A stretch of DNA of 64,000 nt from a virus (taxonomy: Duplodnaviria > Caudoviricetes): positions 8,565 through 72,564 of the IMG/VR virus record IMGVR_UViG_3300017705_000783. One strand, 5' to 3'. The notes beneath the pieces were generated by a model that was given only the letters and a program-made list of their open reading frames with translations, was not told the DNA's origin and did no database searches. Of this stretch, positions 27,113-35,565 are shown piece by piece; position 1 is the first letter of the stretch, and each line of letters opens with the position of its first letter. Both the position numbers and the translations under genes were made by a program.

Positions 27113-27724
27113 TTACCTTATCTTATTCAATTTATCTTTCAATAAAGTTATAAATATCTTCTCTGATTTTGCTCTTCCCATAGTCTCATTAACAGTTTTT
27201 TGAATAAACTCTGAGTCTACTGATTCTTTAACAAGACCTGGAAAGGCACCCTTTGTAGATGGATCAGCTACTAAATCAAAAGTTAGAAGTTTGAAATCCT
27301 CATTTACGTGCTTATACCCTTCTACGTCTTCCGTTAGAGTACCCATTCCGCGAGAAGATATACCAAGCATAACACCTCCCCTTAAAAGAGCCTGTGCAGT
27401 CTGTCCTGCTGGCGTATTAAGGAGTTCTGCCTCCCCTATCATCTCATTCCCGTTCATCTTTAAATTAGTAACTAAGTGAGAGACATTCTGAAGGCTTACA
27501 TGGTCGTGGGTTGGGTGATCTAATTCTCCCATGAGTCTTCTACCCTTATAAGCTTCTGCTAATCTCTCAGCCTCACGCTCTAATATCTCTTTACTGTAAA
27601 CTCTTTTGTTGTTATTAGCGGACTCTGCCATCTGAAATCTGCCACGGATGCACATAACGCCCGTGGACTTAGATTCGCTGATAATCTGAACATTCTCTAA
27701 TAAGTTAGTATCTGTTAGTAACAT
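27113..27724 (-). CDS. gp21: Prohead protease gp21-like
   Basis: NNNKRVY, GELDHP, VSH, L.TPAG, GISSRGMG, DLVADPS..GA. Confidence 0.95.
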   Translation of the reverse strand: MLLTDTNLLENVQIISESKSTGVMCIRGRFQMAESANNNKRVYSKEILEREAERLAEAYKGRRLMGELDHPTHDHVSLQNVSHLVTNLKMNGNEMIGEAELLNTPAGQTAQALLRGGVMLGISSRGMGTLTEDVEGYKHVNEDFKLLTFDLVADPSTKGAFPGLVKESVDSEFIQKTVNETMGRAKSEKIFITLLKDKLNKIR

Positions 27725-28257
27725 TAAACTGTCCCATTTCTTTTTTCTTTTAATAAGATCCTCTTAATTAGAGTTAAGAGGGGAAGGATCTCGGAGAGCT
27801 TTTTGCTTCCTTGTAGAGCCTTCTTTCTTTCTTCTAAATTATCATCATCTCTAGGGGTTAGAGCTGTTTTTACTCTATCTTTCCCTATATCTATTGCCTT
27901 CTCTTTTGCTTTACCTACAACAACCTTTCCTACCTTTTTAGCTCCTGCTAAAACAGTGGACCCTCCCGCTTTTACTGCCTTTGCTGCTGTTTTACCTACA
28001 GTCTTTGCTGCTGTTTTACCTACAGTCTTTGCTGCTGTTGCGGCGGTTCTAGCTGCCATCTGTGCAGCGGTCAACCCAACTCTACCCACTGCTGCTATCC
28101 CTGCTCCTATAGCGGGTAGAATTTCATGTAAAGATTCTACCTTTTCTCTAAGGATTTCAAGGTCTTCATTGGTTAAATCTTTACCTTTATAATTAGAATT
28201 CTCATTCAAAAAAGTATCAATATAGGATTTTTGCTCTACAAGAGATTTAAGTCCCAT
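27724..28257 (-). CDS. Lys/Ala/Thr-rich hypothetical, possible internal head protein
   Basis: Multiple (L/I)xE sites; low-complexity amphipathic centre. Confidence 0.55.
   Translation of the reverse strand: MGLKSLVEQKSYIDTFLNENSNYKGKDLTNEDLEILREKVESLHEILPAIGAGIAAVGRVGLTAAQMAARTAATAAKTVGKTAAKTVGKTAAKAVKAGGSTVLAGAKKVGKVVVGKAKEKAIDIGKDRVKTALTPRDDDNLEERKKALQGSKKLSEILPLLTLIKRILLKEKRNGTV
27979..28039. repeat. Perfect 24-nt tandem repeat, about 2.5 copies (encodes AAKTVGKT)
   Basis: CTTTGCTGCTGTTTTACCTACAGT at 27979 and 28003, partial copy at 28027. Confidence 0.9.
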
Positions 28258-29359
28258 GAATCTTCGTCCTAAGGGCTTTTCTACCCGCAGATCCTGCTAG
28301 GTTGCTTGCTGTCGTAACTCCTGTAGATGCTACTTTGGTGGCTGCTGCTGTTGTCTTTAATGCTCCTTTGGCTGCGAGTCCTGTTGTCTTTACTGCTCCT
28401 TTGGCTGCGAGTTTTGTTCCCTTTGCTCCTAATTTGGCTGTTCCTACTACTCCTTTAGCTGCGAGTCCTACTCCCTTTCCTCCTACTTCAGCGGCCTTTT
28501 TTCCCATCCTAAGTGCTGCGGCTTTCTGCGCTGGCCCAGTCCATGCGCCAAAGCTTCTAGCTTCCGCTTCCTCCCCTGCACTCTTTTTGGCGAGGGCAGC
28601 ATCGTCCTTCTTTTTCCATATAGCTTTGGCAGCGTCCAAAGTCGATCCACCCGCGTCGATTTTCTTTTGGAGTTCGCTCCTTTTATCCTCCCGCTCGGGC
28701 TTCTCGTCGTCATCTGTGTCTAATCCTGCGCCAAAATCGTCTGGTGTTTTGTCTCCATAGCTTCGGGCTTTCTTATCAGCTATCTTCTTTTTTTCAGCAG
28801 CAGTATGGATTCCAGTGCCAAACGGCGCGTCAGCTAACTCATCTAACTTTTCTTTTAAAAATGCAACTTTTTCTACGAACAAGTCCCATTCAGAGATAGG
28901 TTGGTAGCTCTCTCCCACAGTAGCCTTAGTTTGTCCTTCTTCTTTCTTTCTTCCTGCGCCATACTTCTTAGAAAGTGTTTTAGATTTTTTAGCTCCATGC
29001 TTTATAGCAGTTCTAACGGAATGAGCTTTTATACTAGGCCAAGAAGATCCAGGAGTAGAGGATCCAGGAGTGAAACCCTTAGCGATCTTAGTATTTCCCC
29101 CTGCGGTACTTTTTGCACCCCAATCAGGTTTAGAAATAACATACAAACGATCAGCACCTTTGGTAGAGAAGATAGTACCATAGGAAGCCCCACTATTTAA
29201 TGCAGCCTCGATAGTATCAAATATTCTAACACGGGATTTCTTAGCTTGGACAGAACCTTTTTTGGAACCTTTTGATGTGTACTTCTCTCTTCCCTTTTTA
29301 GAGCCCATCCCTGATTCAGCTCGGCCCTCATTTATTTCTTTTAAGAGATCAATAAACAT
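28247..29359 (-). CDS. Basic Lys/Ala/Gly-rich hypothetical, possible internal head protein
   Basis: LKEINE, VGES, ISEW sites; C-terminal LAAKG repeats. Confidence 0.55.
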   Translation of the reverse strand: MFIDLLKEINEGRAESGMGSKKGREKYTSKGSKKGSVQAKKSRVRIFDTIEAALNSGASYGTIFSTKGADRLYVISKPDWGAKSTAGGNTKIAKGFTPGSSTPGSSWPSIKAHSVRTAIKHGAKKSKTLSKKYGAGRKKEEGQTKATVGESYQPISEWDLFVEKVAFLKEKLDELADAPFGTGIHTAAEKKKIADKKARSYGDKTPDDFGAGLDTDDDEKPEREDKRSELQKKIDAGGSTLDAAKAIWKKKDDAALAKKSAGEEAEARSFGAWTGPAQKAAALRMGKKAAEVGGKGVGLAAKGVVGTAKLGAKGTKLAAKGAVKTTGLAAKGALKTTAAATKVASTGVTTASNLAGSAGRKALRTKIHGT

Positions 29360-29372
29360 TTTATATTACTAC

Positions 29373-29732
29373 CTAAAGCTTAAGTTTTTTTGCTAAAAGA
29401 GCCGTTAAGGGATCCTTCTTGGGCTCTGGTTTTCGGGTTCTTTGAGCCTTCGCGGGTCCTACACCTATAGCACCAACCGTTGTCATCTCATCAATCTTCT
29501 CTTGAAGAGAATCGAAACGAGAATTAATCTTGTCAAATTCTTCAAACATCAAGGTTAGAAGTTCTACAATTTTTCCATCATTAGATACAGGGGCGGGAAT
29601 AGGAGCAGCAGGTATACTTTCATGGATACTCGTTTCTTCTACCTCTTTCTCCATGGGAGAAGTAGTTTCTAAAATTTGATTAATGAAAGAATCGGGAACC
29701 TGAACTTGTGAAATATCATAATCCTCATTCAT
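29373..29732 (-). CDS. Hypothetical prohead-region protein
   Basis: ILE/IHE/IDE sites, coiled-coil C-terminal half. Confidence 0.55.
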   Translation of the reverse strand: MNEDYDISQVQVPDSFINQILETTSPMEKEVEETSIHESIPAAPIPAPVSNDGKIVELLTLMFEEFDKINSRFDSLQEKIDEMTTVGAIGVGPAKAQRTRKPEPKKDPLTALLAKKLKL

Positions 29733-29741
29733 GATGATTAC

Positions 29742-30032
29742 TTACTCCTCTTCAGCTTCTTCTTCGCCCTCTTCGGTTTCCTCTTCCTCTTTGCCTTCAC
29801 TAGCTTCCTCTAAAATCGAAGAATGAAGAAGGGAAACGAACTCAAGTATAACCTCTCTATCAAGCCCCTCTAAGAGCTTAATAGCTAGATCCCTTGCGCT
29901 AGGACCTGCTTCTTCCGTAATCTCTGTGGCTTCATCAATAGAACCAACATTAACACCCGTTCTACCCCATACGCTACTCTCTAGCAATGCATTAACAAAA
30001 TCATCACTAACTAAATTATTATTTGAACTCAT
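29742..30032 (-). CDS. Small acidic prohead-region protein (gp67-like position); start refined to 30032
   Basis: GGAG RBS before ATG 30032; poly-Glu tail; LLES/IDE/ITE sites. Confidence 0.55.
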   Translation of the reverse strand: MSSNNNLVSDDFVNALLESSVWGRTGVNVGSIDEATEITEEAGPSARDLAIKLLEGLDREVILEFVSLLHSSILEEASEGKEEEETEEGEEEAEEE

Positions 30033-30124
30033 CTTAGTCTCCAAAGTTATATGGGCAAATGCCATATTTATAATTATCACTACTATTATTTACCATACTA
30101 TTAAAGTATTGTAAATTTTTTTAT

Positions 30125-30421
30125 TTATCCTGCATAAACTTTAATATTTCCTGCTGGGTTTACTATTGTAAGGGCACCACACGCCCTTTTATCTCCTCTT
30201 CTGTGGACTCCTATGCCTCGTGTAAAAACCTTCAAAGAAGCGGTTATAACTTCAGGAGCGCAATCAATCGGGCTCGTCACGCAGTTGGCATCAGGAAGCG
30301 ACAAATCCCCAAAAAGAATAATGGGAATACCTCTACAATTTACTTTAATCTGACTGGGAATTAAAGCCCCTCCGCCGTGCGAGTTAAGGTCAGCACCTGT
30401 TGATATAGTTCTTATCGCCAT
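30125..30421 (-). CDS. PAAR-like spike tip protein (gp5.4 equivalent)
   Basis: D.NSHGGG, V..RGIP....GD, VF..G.GVHR.GD...CGA. Confidence 0.8.
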   Translation of the reverse strand: MAIRTISTGADLNSHGGGALIPSQIKVNCRGIPIILFGDLSLPDANCVTSPIDCAPEVITASLKVFTRGIGVHRRGDKRACGALTIVNPAGNIKVYAG

Positions 30422-33204
30422 CAGCAATCCCTTTCCTTAGCTTTATCCATATATAGCGCACTCTCTATAAAATCTATACCAGACGCATTTCTTGGGTTTG
30501 CTACAGTACCACTATACTCAAAAGTTGATGCGATTGGAATATTCCACGTTGGAGCCCCTGGCACATAATTATGTAGGTAAGTCTTTTCCTGGGCATTATT
30601 AGGCATATAAAATAATCTAAGGTCAAAGAACTGTCGCCGCTCATATGGTGGAGCATAATCGGCAGTTAACTGTTGGAATAAATCATCTCTAAAGGAAAAT
30701 AAGAATTCATGGAACTCAAATATATTAAGAGATCTCCAAACATCAAATAGTGGAAGACCGTACTGAGCCCCAACAGGGAACGGAGGGGGGTATTGTGTAT
30801 ACGGAGGATTTAAAGAGCCCCACAATCTCGTAATCGCGGTATCATAATAACTACATACATCCCCTATGAAATCCCATACCTTTCTTATCGGGTCTACTCT
30901 TCTATTTCTTTCAAAACTTGACAGTAAGTAGTTGGTGCGAGTGTATTCCTCTGTGGTACCCGAAGGATCAGTCCATACATCAAAAGATTCATGGACATTG
31001 GATGCTGAGAACTGCATCTTATAAGGTTGCATAGCCGTACCTTGAGGTCCATAAGGAAATTTATCAATCTCTATCCCGCTGAAACCTGTGGGTGGGGAGA
31101 TAGCCTCATCATTAGTAACAAGATCTAAGTAATTTGAATTTAGAACATCTTCTGTTGGGGCGGGTACAAATTTTAGTTCCCTCACTATGCCATCATCCCC
31201 ACGAAAGGGATTATAGCCCGATGGTGAAACCATCTTTGTTATCCTTGATTTCCCTACAAATGGATTCTTCTCTGGTTGGTCTGTGGGAACTACTAAAATA
31301 TGATAAGGGATTCTTCTTGGGTACCTCTCATCTGAGTCCATAATACCATCTATATTTAAATCAGGTATTGTAGCTGATAGGTTAATAACATGCCCTACTC
31401 TTTGGGTAACTCCCCCCGTGTTAGTCGCAGCCCACACGCCTTGTAAGTAATATAAGAACGGGTCATCATTTTCAACAAAACAAACATTCCCTGGCCCAGA
31501 AATAAATCTAACAGCTCTATCTACCATTCTAGTCTGTCCCCCCGCAGCTACAACTCCCCCTATGGTATTAAGAAATGCTCCGTTGGATTCTATTTTATAT
31601 GGTAGTGTTGTAGTTTTAACATAAGGGTTATCGGGATCAACCGTGGAAGATAGAGTATCAATTCCAGACAGGTTAGGAGTTAATAAGTACCAATTCGTAA
31701 GAGGTGGCTTCCCCTGCGCTTGGCCTAATGCCCCATCAGCATACTTGAATTCTAACCCACTAGTATAAGGTGCGCTTACTGTTAGTTTTATATAAGGATC
31801 TGTGTCGAAGCCTCCTGCTGGGGCACCAGAAACGGCTCCCAATACACCTAGCAATTGAGTTCTATCCATGGTATCAAATACATAAGAACGGTCTCTATCA
31901 CTGCACAAGGAGACGAAGCAACCAGAAGTACAGCAGTTACACCCACTTTGATATCTTGGAGTCTCATCTAAGTATACATGTGACCCACTATTATTAAATA
32001 CTCTTAGATGTTCAGCGTTTATATAATGAACCCTAGCTGTAGTGCCATCAGGTCTATGAGTAGATATAGTGTCATCATCATTTACTTTGATTGATTGGAT
32101 CATTTCATCTGCTTTAACAGCCAATCCAGCTATATTATAAAAGCTTCCCCCAAGACTCGTTACTAGAGCAGAAGTGGCGGCCCCGTTGTCTCTGTATACC
32201 CTTGCTCTAAGATTTATATCAGAGGGAACAAACTTCCAGTATTGCTTTAAAACATTGTTGGTAAGTCTTTGGCCCGATTGTCCCGAATTAAACCTTCTTC
32301 TTGTCTCAGAAATATATGTTTTAGAATTTCCTAGATTTATAGAAGAGGTTGTGCCAAATCCCAACTGAGAGGGAAGAGATGAAACTGTATTTATTATGGT
32401 AACTGCTTTCCCGAGATATGCTTGTTCAGAGAAAGATTTTATTTTTTCCATCTTTCCTTCTGGGAAATACTTATTGAACTGTCCTATGAGGATGCTCTTT
32501 GTTATAGCTGCCATATATTTATTTCTAAATTTACTATAACTAGTTACGTTTTTATATTTTATACTTTCTAAAAATGTTTCTACTCCGTTAGAAATAGAAT
32601 CATAAATAAAAGAACTATTTTTTAAAAGATAAAATATTTGTTCATTGTACGGAACCTTATTTGTTGGAGATCTCCAAACATAATTACCTAAGTTAGAACC
32701 TTGGGTAGCATAGTTCTCAAAAGTTTCATTAGGATCTTTAGATTTACTAAGAAGATCAGCTACTACAGTATTTATTTTAGGACCTAAATGAGCATTAGCA
32801 AAAGGTCGATTAGTAGTTAAACTATCATGTAGGTCTGTACAAGAGCTTATATCATTAATATAACTTCCTGATATTATTCTCCCGTTTGAACCTATTAGAT
32901 AATCATTTATCTCTTGATAGGAGAATAAATTGTATTTAGGATCCCAAGCACTAGTAATAATAGAAGACACAAGGGGTCCTGGAATAACGTGGTTTGAAAA
33001 CCCAGCATCGAAGTTTGCGTCTGGGACCATTCCCTCTATAAAATAAGGTAGGGGGGCACCTCCAGGATAGTGAGCATCACTCTCAGGAAAGCAAGGATCA
33101 ATACATCTTATTACCTTATTAGTGCTACAATAGCATAAGATCTCGTGACAACAATCACATACTATAGGGATTATCTCACAAGGTTGGCAATTAATTCTAG
33201 CCAT
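30421..33204 (-). CDS. Large hypothetical virion protein with Cys-rich N-terminus
   Basis: 927-aa ORF in the baseplate block; CQPC...CDCC...CYC. Confidence 0.6.
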   Translation of the reverse strand: MARINCQPCEIIPIVCDCCHEILCYCSTNKVIRCIDPCFPESDAHYPGGAPLPYFIEGMVPDANFDAGFSNHVIPGPLVSSIITSAWDPKYNLFSYQEINDYLIGSNGRIISGSYINDISSCTDLHDSLTTNRPFANAHLGPKINTVVADLLSKSKDPNETFENYATQGSNLGNYVWRSPTNKVPYNEQIFYLLKNSSFIYDSISNGVETFLESIKYKNVTSYSKFRNKYMAAITKSILIGQFNKYFPEGKMEKIKSFSEQAYLGKAVTIINTVSSLPSQLGFGTTSSINLGNSKTYISETRRRFNSGQSGQRLTNNVLKQYWKFVPSDINLRARVYRDNGAATSALVTSLGGSFYNIAGLAVKADEMIQSIKVNDDDTISTHRPDGTTARVHYINAEHLRVFNNSGSHVYLDETPRYQSGCNCCTSGCFVSLCSDRDRSYVFDTMDRTQLLGVLGAVSGAPAGGFDTDPYIKLTVSAPYTSGLEFKYADGALGQAQGKPPLTNWYLLTPNLSGIDTLSSTVDPDNPYVKTTTLPYKIESNGAFLNTIGGVVAAGGQTRMVDRAVRFISGPGNVCFVENDDPFLYYLQGVWAATNTGGVTQRVGHVINLSATIPDLNIDGIMDSDERYPRRIPYHILVVPTDQPEKNPFVGKSRITKMVSPSGYNPFRGDDGIVRELKFVPAPTEDVLNSNYLDLVTNDEAISPPTGFSGIEIDKFPYGPQGTAMQPYKMQFSASNVHESFDVWTDPSGTTEEYTRTNYLLSSFERNRRVDPIRKVWDFIGDVCSYYDTAITRLWGSLNPPYTQYPPPFPVGAQYGLPLFDVWRSLNIFEFHEFLFSFRDDLFQQLTADYAPPYERRQFFDLRLFYMPNNAQEKTYLHNYVPGAPTWNIPIASTFEYSGTVANPRNASGIDFIESALYMDKAKERDC

Positions 33205-33216
33205 AGTACTATTTTC

Positions 33217-35565
33217 TTAAAATTTAAGCCTGCCGTATAATGTAAACGTACTTCCTGGTTTAAATGTGGGTCTTGATCCTATTAGGGCAGGATTCCCAGG
33301 TGGGTCCCCCCCTGGCAAGTACGTACTTCCCTGATTATAATGTTCAAAAATAGTAGAGCGGAATTTTCTAACTCCTAAACTTAGTTTTAATCCACCGAGA
33401 TAATTAGTCTCAGATAGATAATCTGAATCTTCCGCAATCCAAACTTTTGTACTATAGCTAGTATAAGAACCATTTTTATCAAACCTCACCGTGTTCGGGT
33501 ACAGATTGAGGTGATCGGCGAGCCATGCTCTGAAGCAGGGGGCATGCGCTTCTTTTTGTTCCGCCGCGGTCTTCACGGTATTACATTGGGCTGCTCCCGT
33601 GGTTGATATTAAAGCAGGACCTCCTGATAGAGTATAAATTTGAGATACACACGAATGTTTACCTTCAGATAGGAGAGGGGTTAGGCCCCCCATAATTTTT
33701 TGGTCCCATCCAGTTCCCTTATAACCGCCATCCGCCCCTCCCAGCATAGTATGATAAACAGCATTAGTATCCCAATTGGCTCCGTTATCTTTTGAAAAAT
33801 TAGCAGCTAAAAAATACGGAAAAGAATTCATCCACGCGCCTTCGTTGTTGCCTCCATACAACATCCAAACCCAGCTTGGATACCCTCCGAAGTCCCCCCA
33901 CGACGGGAACATTCTATCGTTATCTCCAATCATAATTGTGGAATGGAGTTCATAAGAAGAATATTTGCTATCATCAAACATTGATGTAAATATTATATCT
34001 TCAGTCGGTTCTGTTACCTCTGCATAACTTAAAGGATGTAATGTATTGGGTGGGGTGATGGTGAGGACCCCAGCAGCTATTTTTGCATCCATCGTACCTT
34101 CTAAACAGTTAGTAACCTTAACTATTTCTGCTTGTCCAACTACTGGGTTAGCAAATGATATTGCTGGCTGGGCTGCTGCTATTCCTGCTCTTTCATTGTA
34201 AGCTAATTCAGTAGTTCTAAAGAATGGACGGATATCAATAACATTATCTTGACTAAGATTATCAGTATCTCTATCTACGACAATATAGGCTATAGGGAGA
34301 GCAGTCTGCCCTATAAGTTGTAAATCATTATCAGCCAAACCTAAAGTAAGGTTAGGAGCTATATTAACGAGATCATCTGGGGACGGGAATGATCCATGGA
34401 CTATAGTGCCATTTCTCAATTTAATTCCAGTGTTACTTCCCCCATCTGTATGATCATTCAAGTTAGCAAGTATTTTTTGCTCTCCAGGAACTATTCTCTT
34501 GTCTAACAAATCTATACCACCAGTAGGGGTACGCTTGATTCCAATACCAGCACCCCTAATAATACCCAAGCGGGGAGTAGTTATTTTTTTTGGAGTGCCT
34601 ACTGCTTGGGATGCAAGTGGAATAGGATTAACTCCATCATATTCAGACAAAGTTGCTCCCGAAGCATCTATAGGCTGCGTATACACTACTAAAAGATCTA
34701 TTCTCTGAGAGGCTAAATCATCTAAAGAGGTTACCACCTCAGATCCATTAACTTCTTCGGCGTACCAGTAGTCGTATTCACTAAATGGAGCTATCTCTAT
34801 GGTCTCTCCCCTAAAATCTGCTACGGCAGTCCTAACCACACCTCTCCAATGCTGTGTTATTTTTATGTGATTTGTGTTTAATCCTATAGTTCCATTTTGT
34901 CCAAATAAATTACTAATATCTAAGTGCCACAGGGCAGGCCATGTTTTTCCTTGTCCTAAAGTAGACTCATATTCAGGAGCACCGTATGAAGTTACACTCT
35001 TCCCAGAAATGGGGTACCCAAAATCATTCGACATGTAGAAAGTATACATGGTCTCTAAACCATTTGACCTCATTCCTCCTGCTGTGAGGCTCTCCCCAGG
35101 ACAACTAGTAAAAGTTGCCGAGGTAAGTTTCTTTGTATAAGACTCCCAAATAGAATCAAAGAACGCCGCTGTGTCATTTTGTGTCAACGATGGGGCATTA
35201 GCACAGGTAGTTTGAAGACCAAAAGAAGCTATCAATTGAGCAAGAGAATCCTTAACATTATAAGCATCATTTACTCTAGCATTAAACCTACCCGCATTTA
35301 CAGATACATACCTTCCACCAACAACCTTAGGTCTAAGTTGTTTTATATACTCTAAATCTATATCATCCCCCACAAAGAGCGGGCTCCCTGTTACGGGCTC
35401 CCCAGACGCAGGAGATATTAGACTATCTATTTGGTCTTTTACCCATAAAACATTCTCTTCCAATTGTCTAATTGGGATATTATCAACCTCATAGTAATAA
35501 GGATCATTAGCCTTATAATACCTAACAGGTTGTGAGAATAAATGATCTGTATTTGTGTATGCCAT
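33217..35565 (-). CDS. Tail/baseplate appendage protein
   Basis: N-terminal PVRYYKANDPYYYEVDNIPIRQLEEN domain shared with 36680-39127. Confidence 0.6.
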   Translation of the reverse strand: MAYTNTDHLFSQPVRYYKANDPYYYEVDNIPIRQLEENVLWVKDQIDSLISPASGEPVTGSPLFVGDDIDLEYIKQLRPKVVGGRYVSVNAGRFNARVNDAYNVKDSLAQLIASFGLQTTCANAPSLTQNDTAAFFDSIWESYTKKLTSATFTSCPGESLTAGGMRSNGLETMYTFYMSNDFGYPISGKSVTSYGAPEYESTLGQGKTWPALWHLDISNLFGQNGTIGLNTNHIKITQHWRGVVRTAVADFRGETIEIAPFSEYDYWYAEEVNGSEVVTSLDDLASQRIDLLVVYTQPIDASGATLSEYDGVNPIPLASQAVGTPKKITTPRLGIIRGAGIGIKRTPTGGIDLLDKRIVPGEQKILANLNDHTDGGSNTGIKLRNGTIVHGSFPSPDDLVNIAPNLTLGLADNDLQLIGQTALPIAYIVVDRDTDNLSQDNVIDIRPFFRTTELAYNERAGIAAAQPAISFANPVVGQAEIVKVTNCLEGTMDAKIAAGVLTITPPNTLHPLSYAEVTEPTEDIIFTSMFDDSKYSSYELHSTIMIGDNDRMFPSWGDFGGYPSWVWMLYGGNNEGAWMNSFPYFLAANFSKDNGANWDTNAVYHTMLGGADGGYKGTGWDQKIMGGLTPLLSEGKHSCVSQIYTLSGGPALISTTGAAQCNTVKTAAEQKEAHAPCFRAWLADHLNLYPNTVRFDKNGSYTSYSTKVWIAEDSDYLSETNYLGGLKLSLGVRKFRSTIFEHYNQGSTYLPGGDPPGNPALIGSRPTFKPGSTFTLYGRLKF

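Noticed and set aside
27803-28760. Plus-strand Ala/Pro-rich ORFs 27803..28192 and 28302..28760
   Set aside because: Antisense shadows of low-complexity Lys/Ala repeats.
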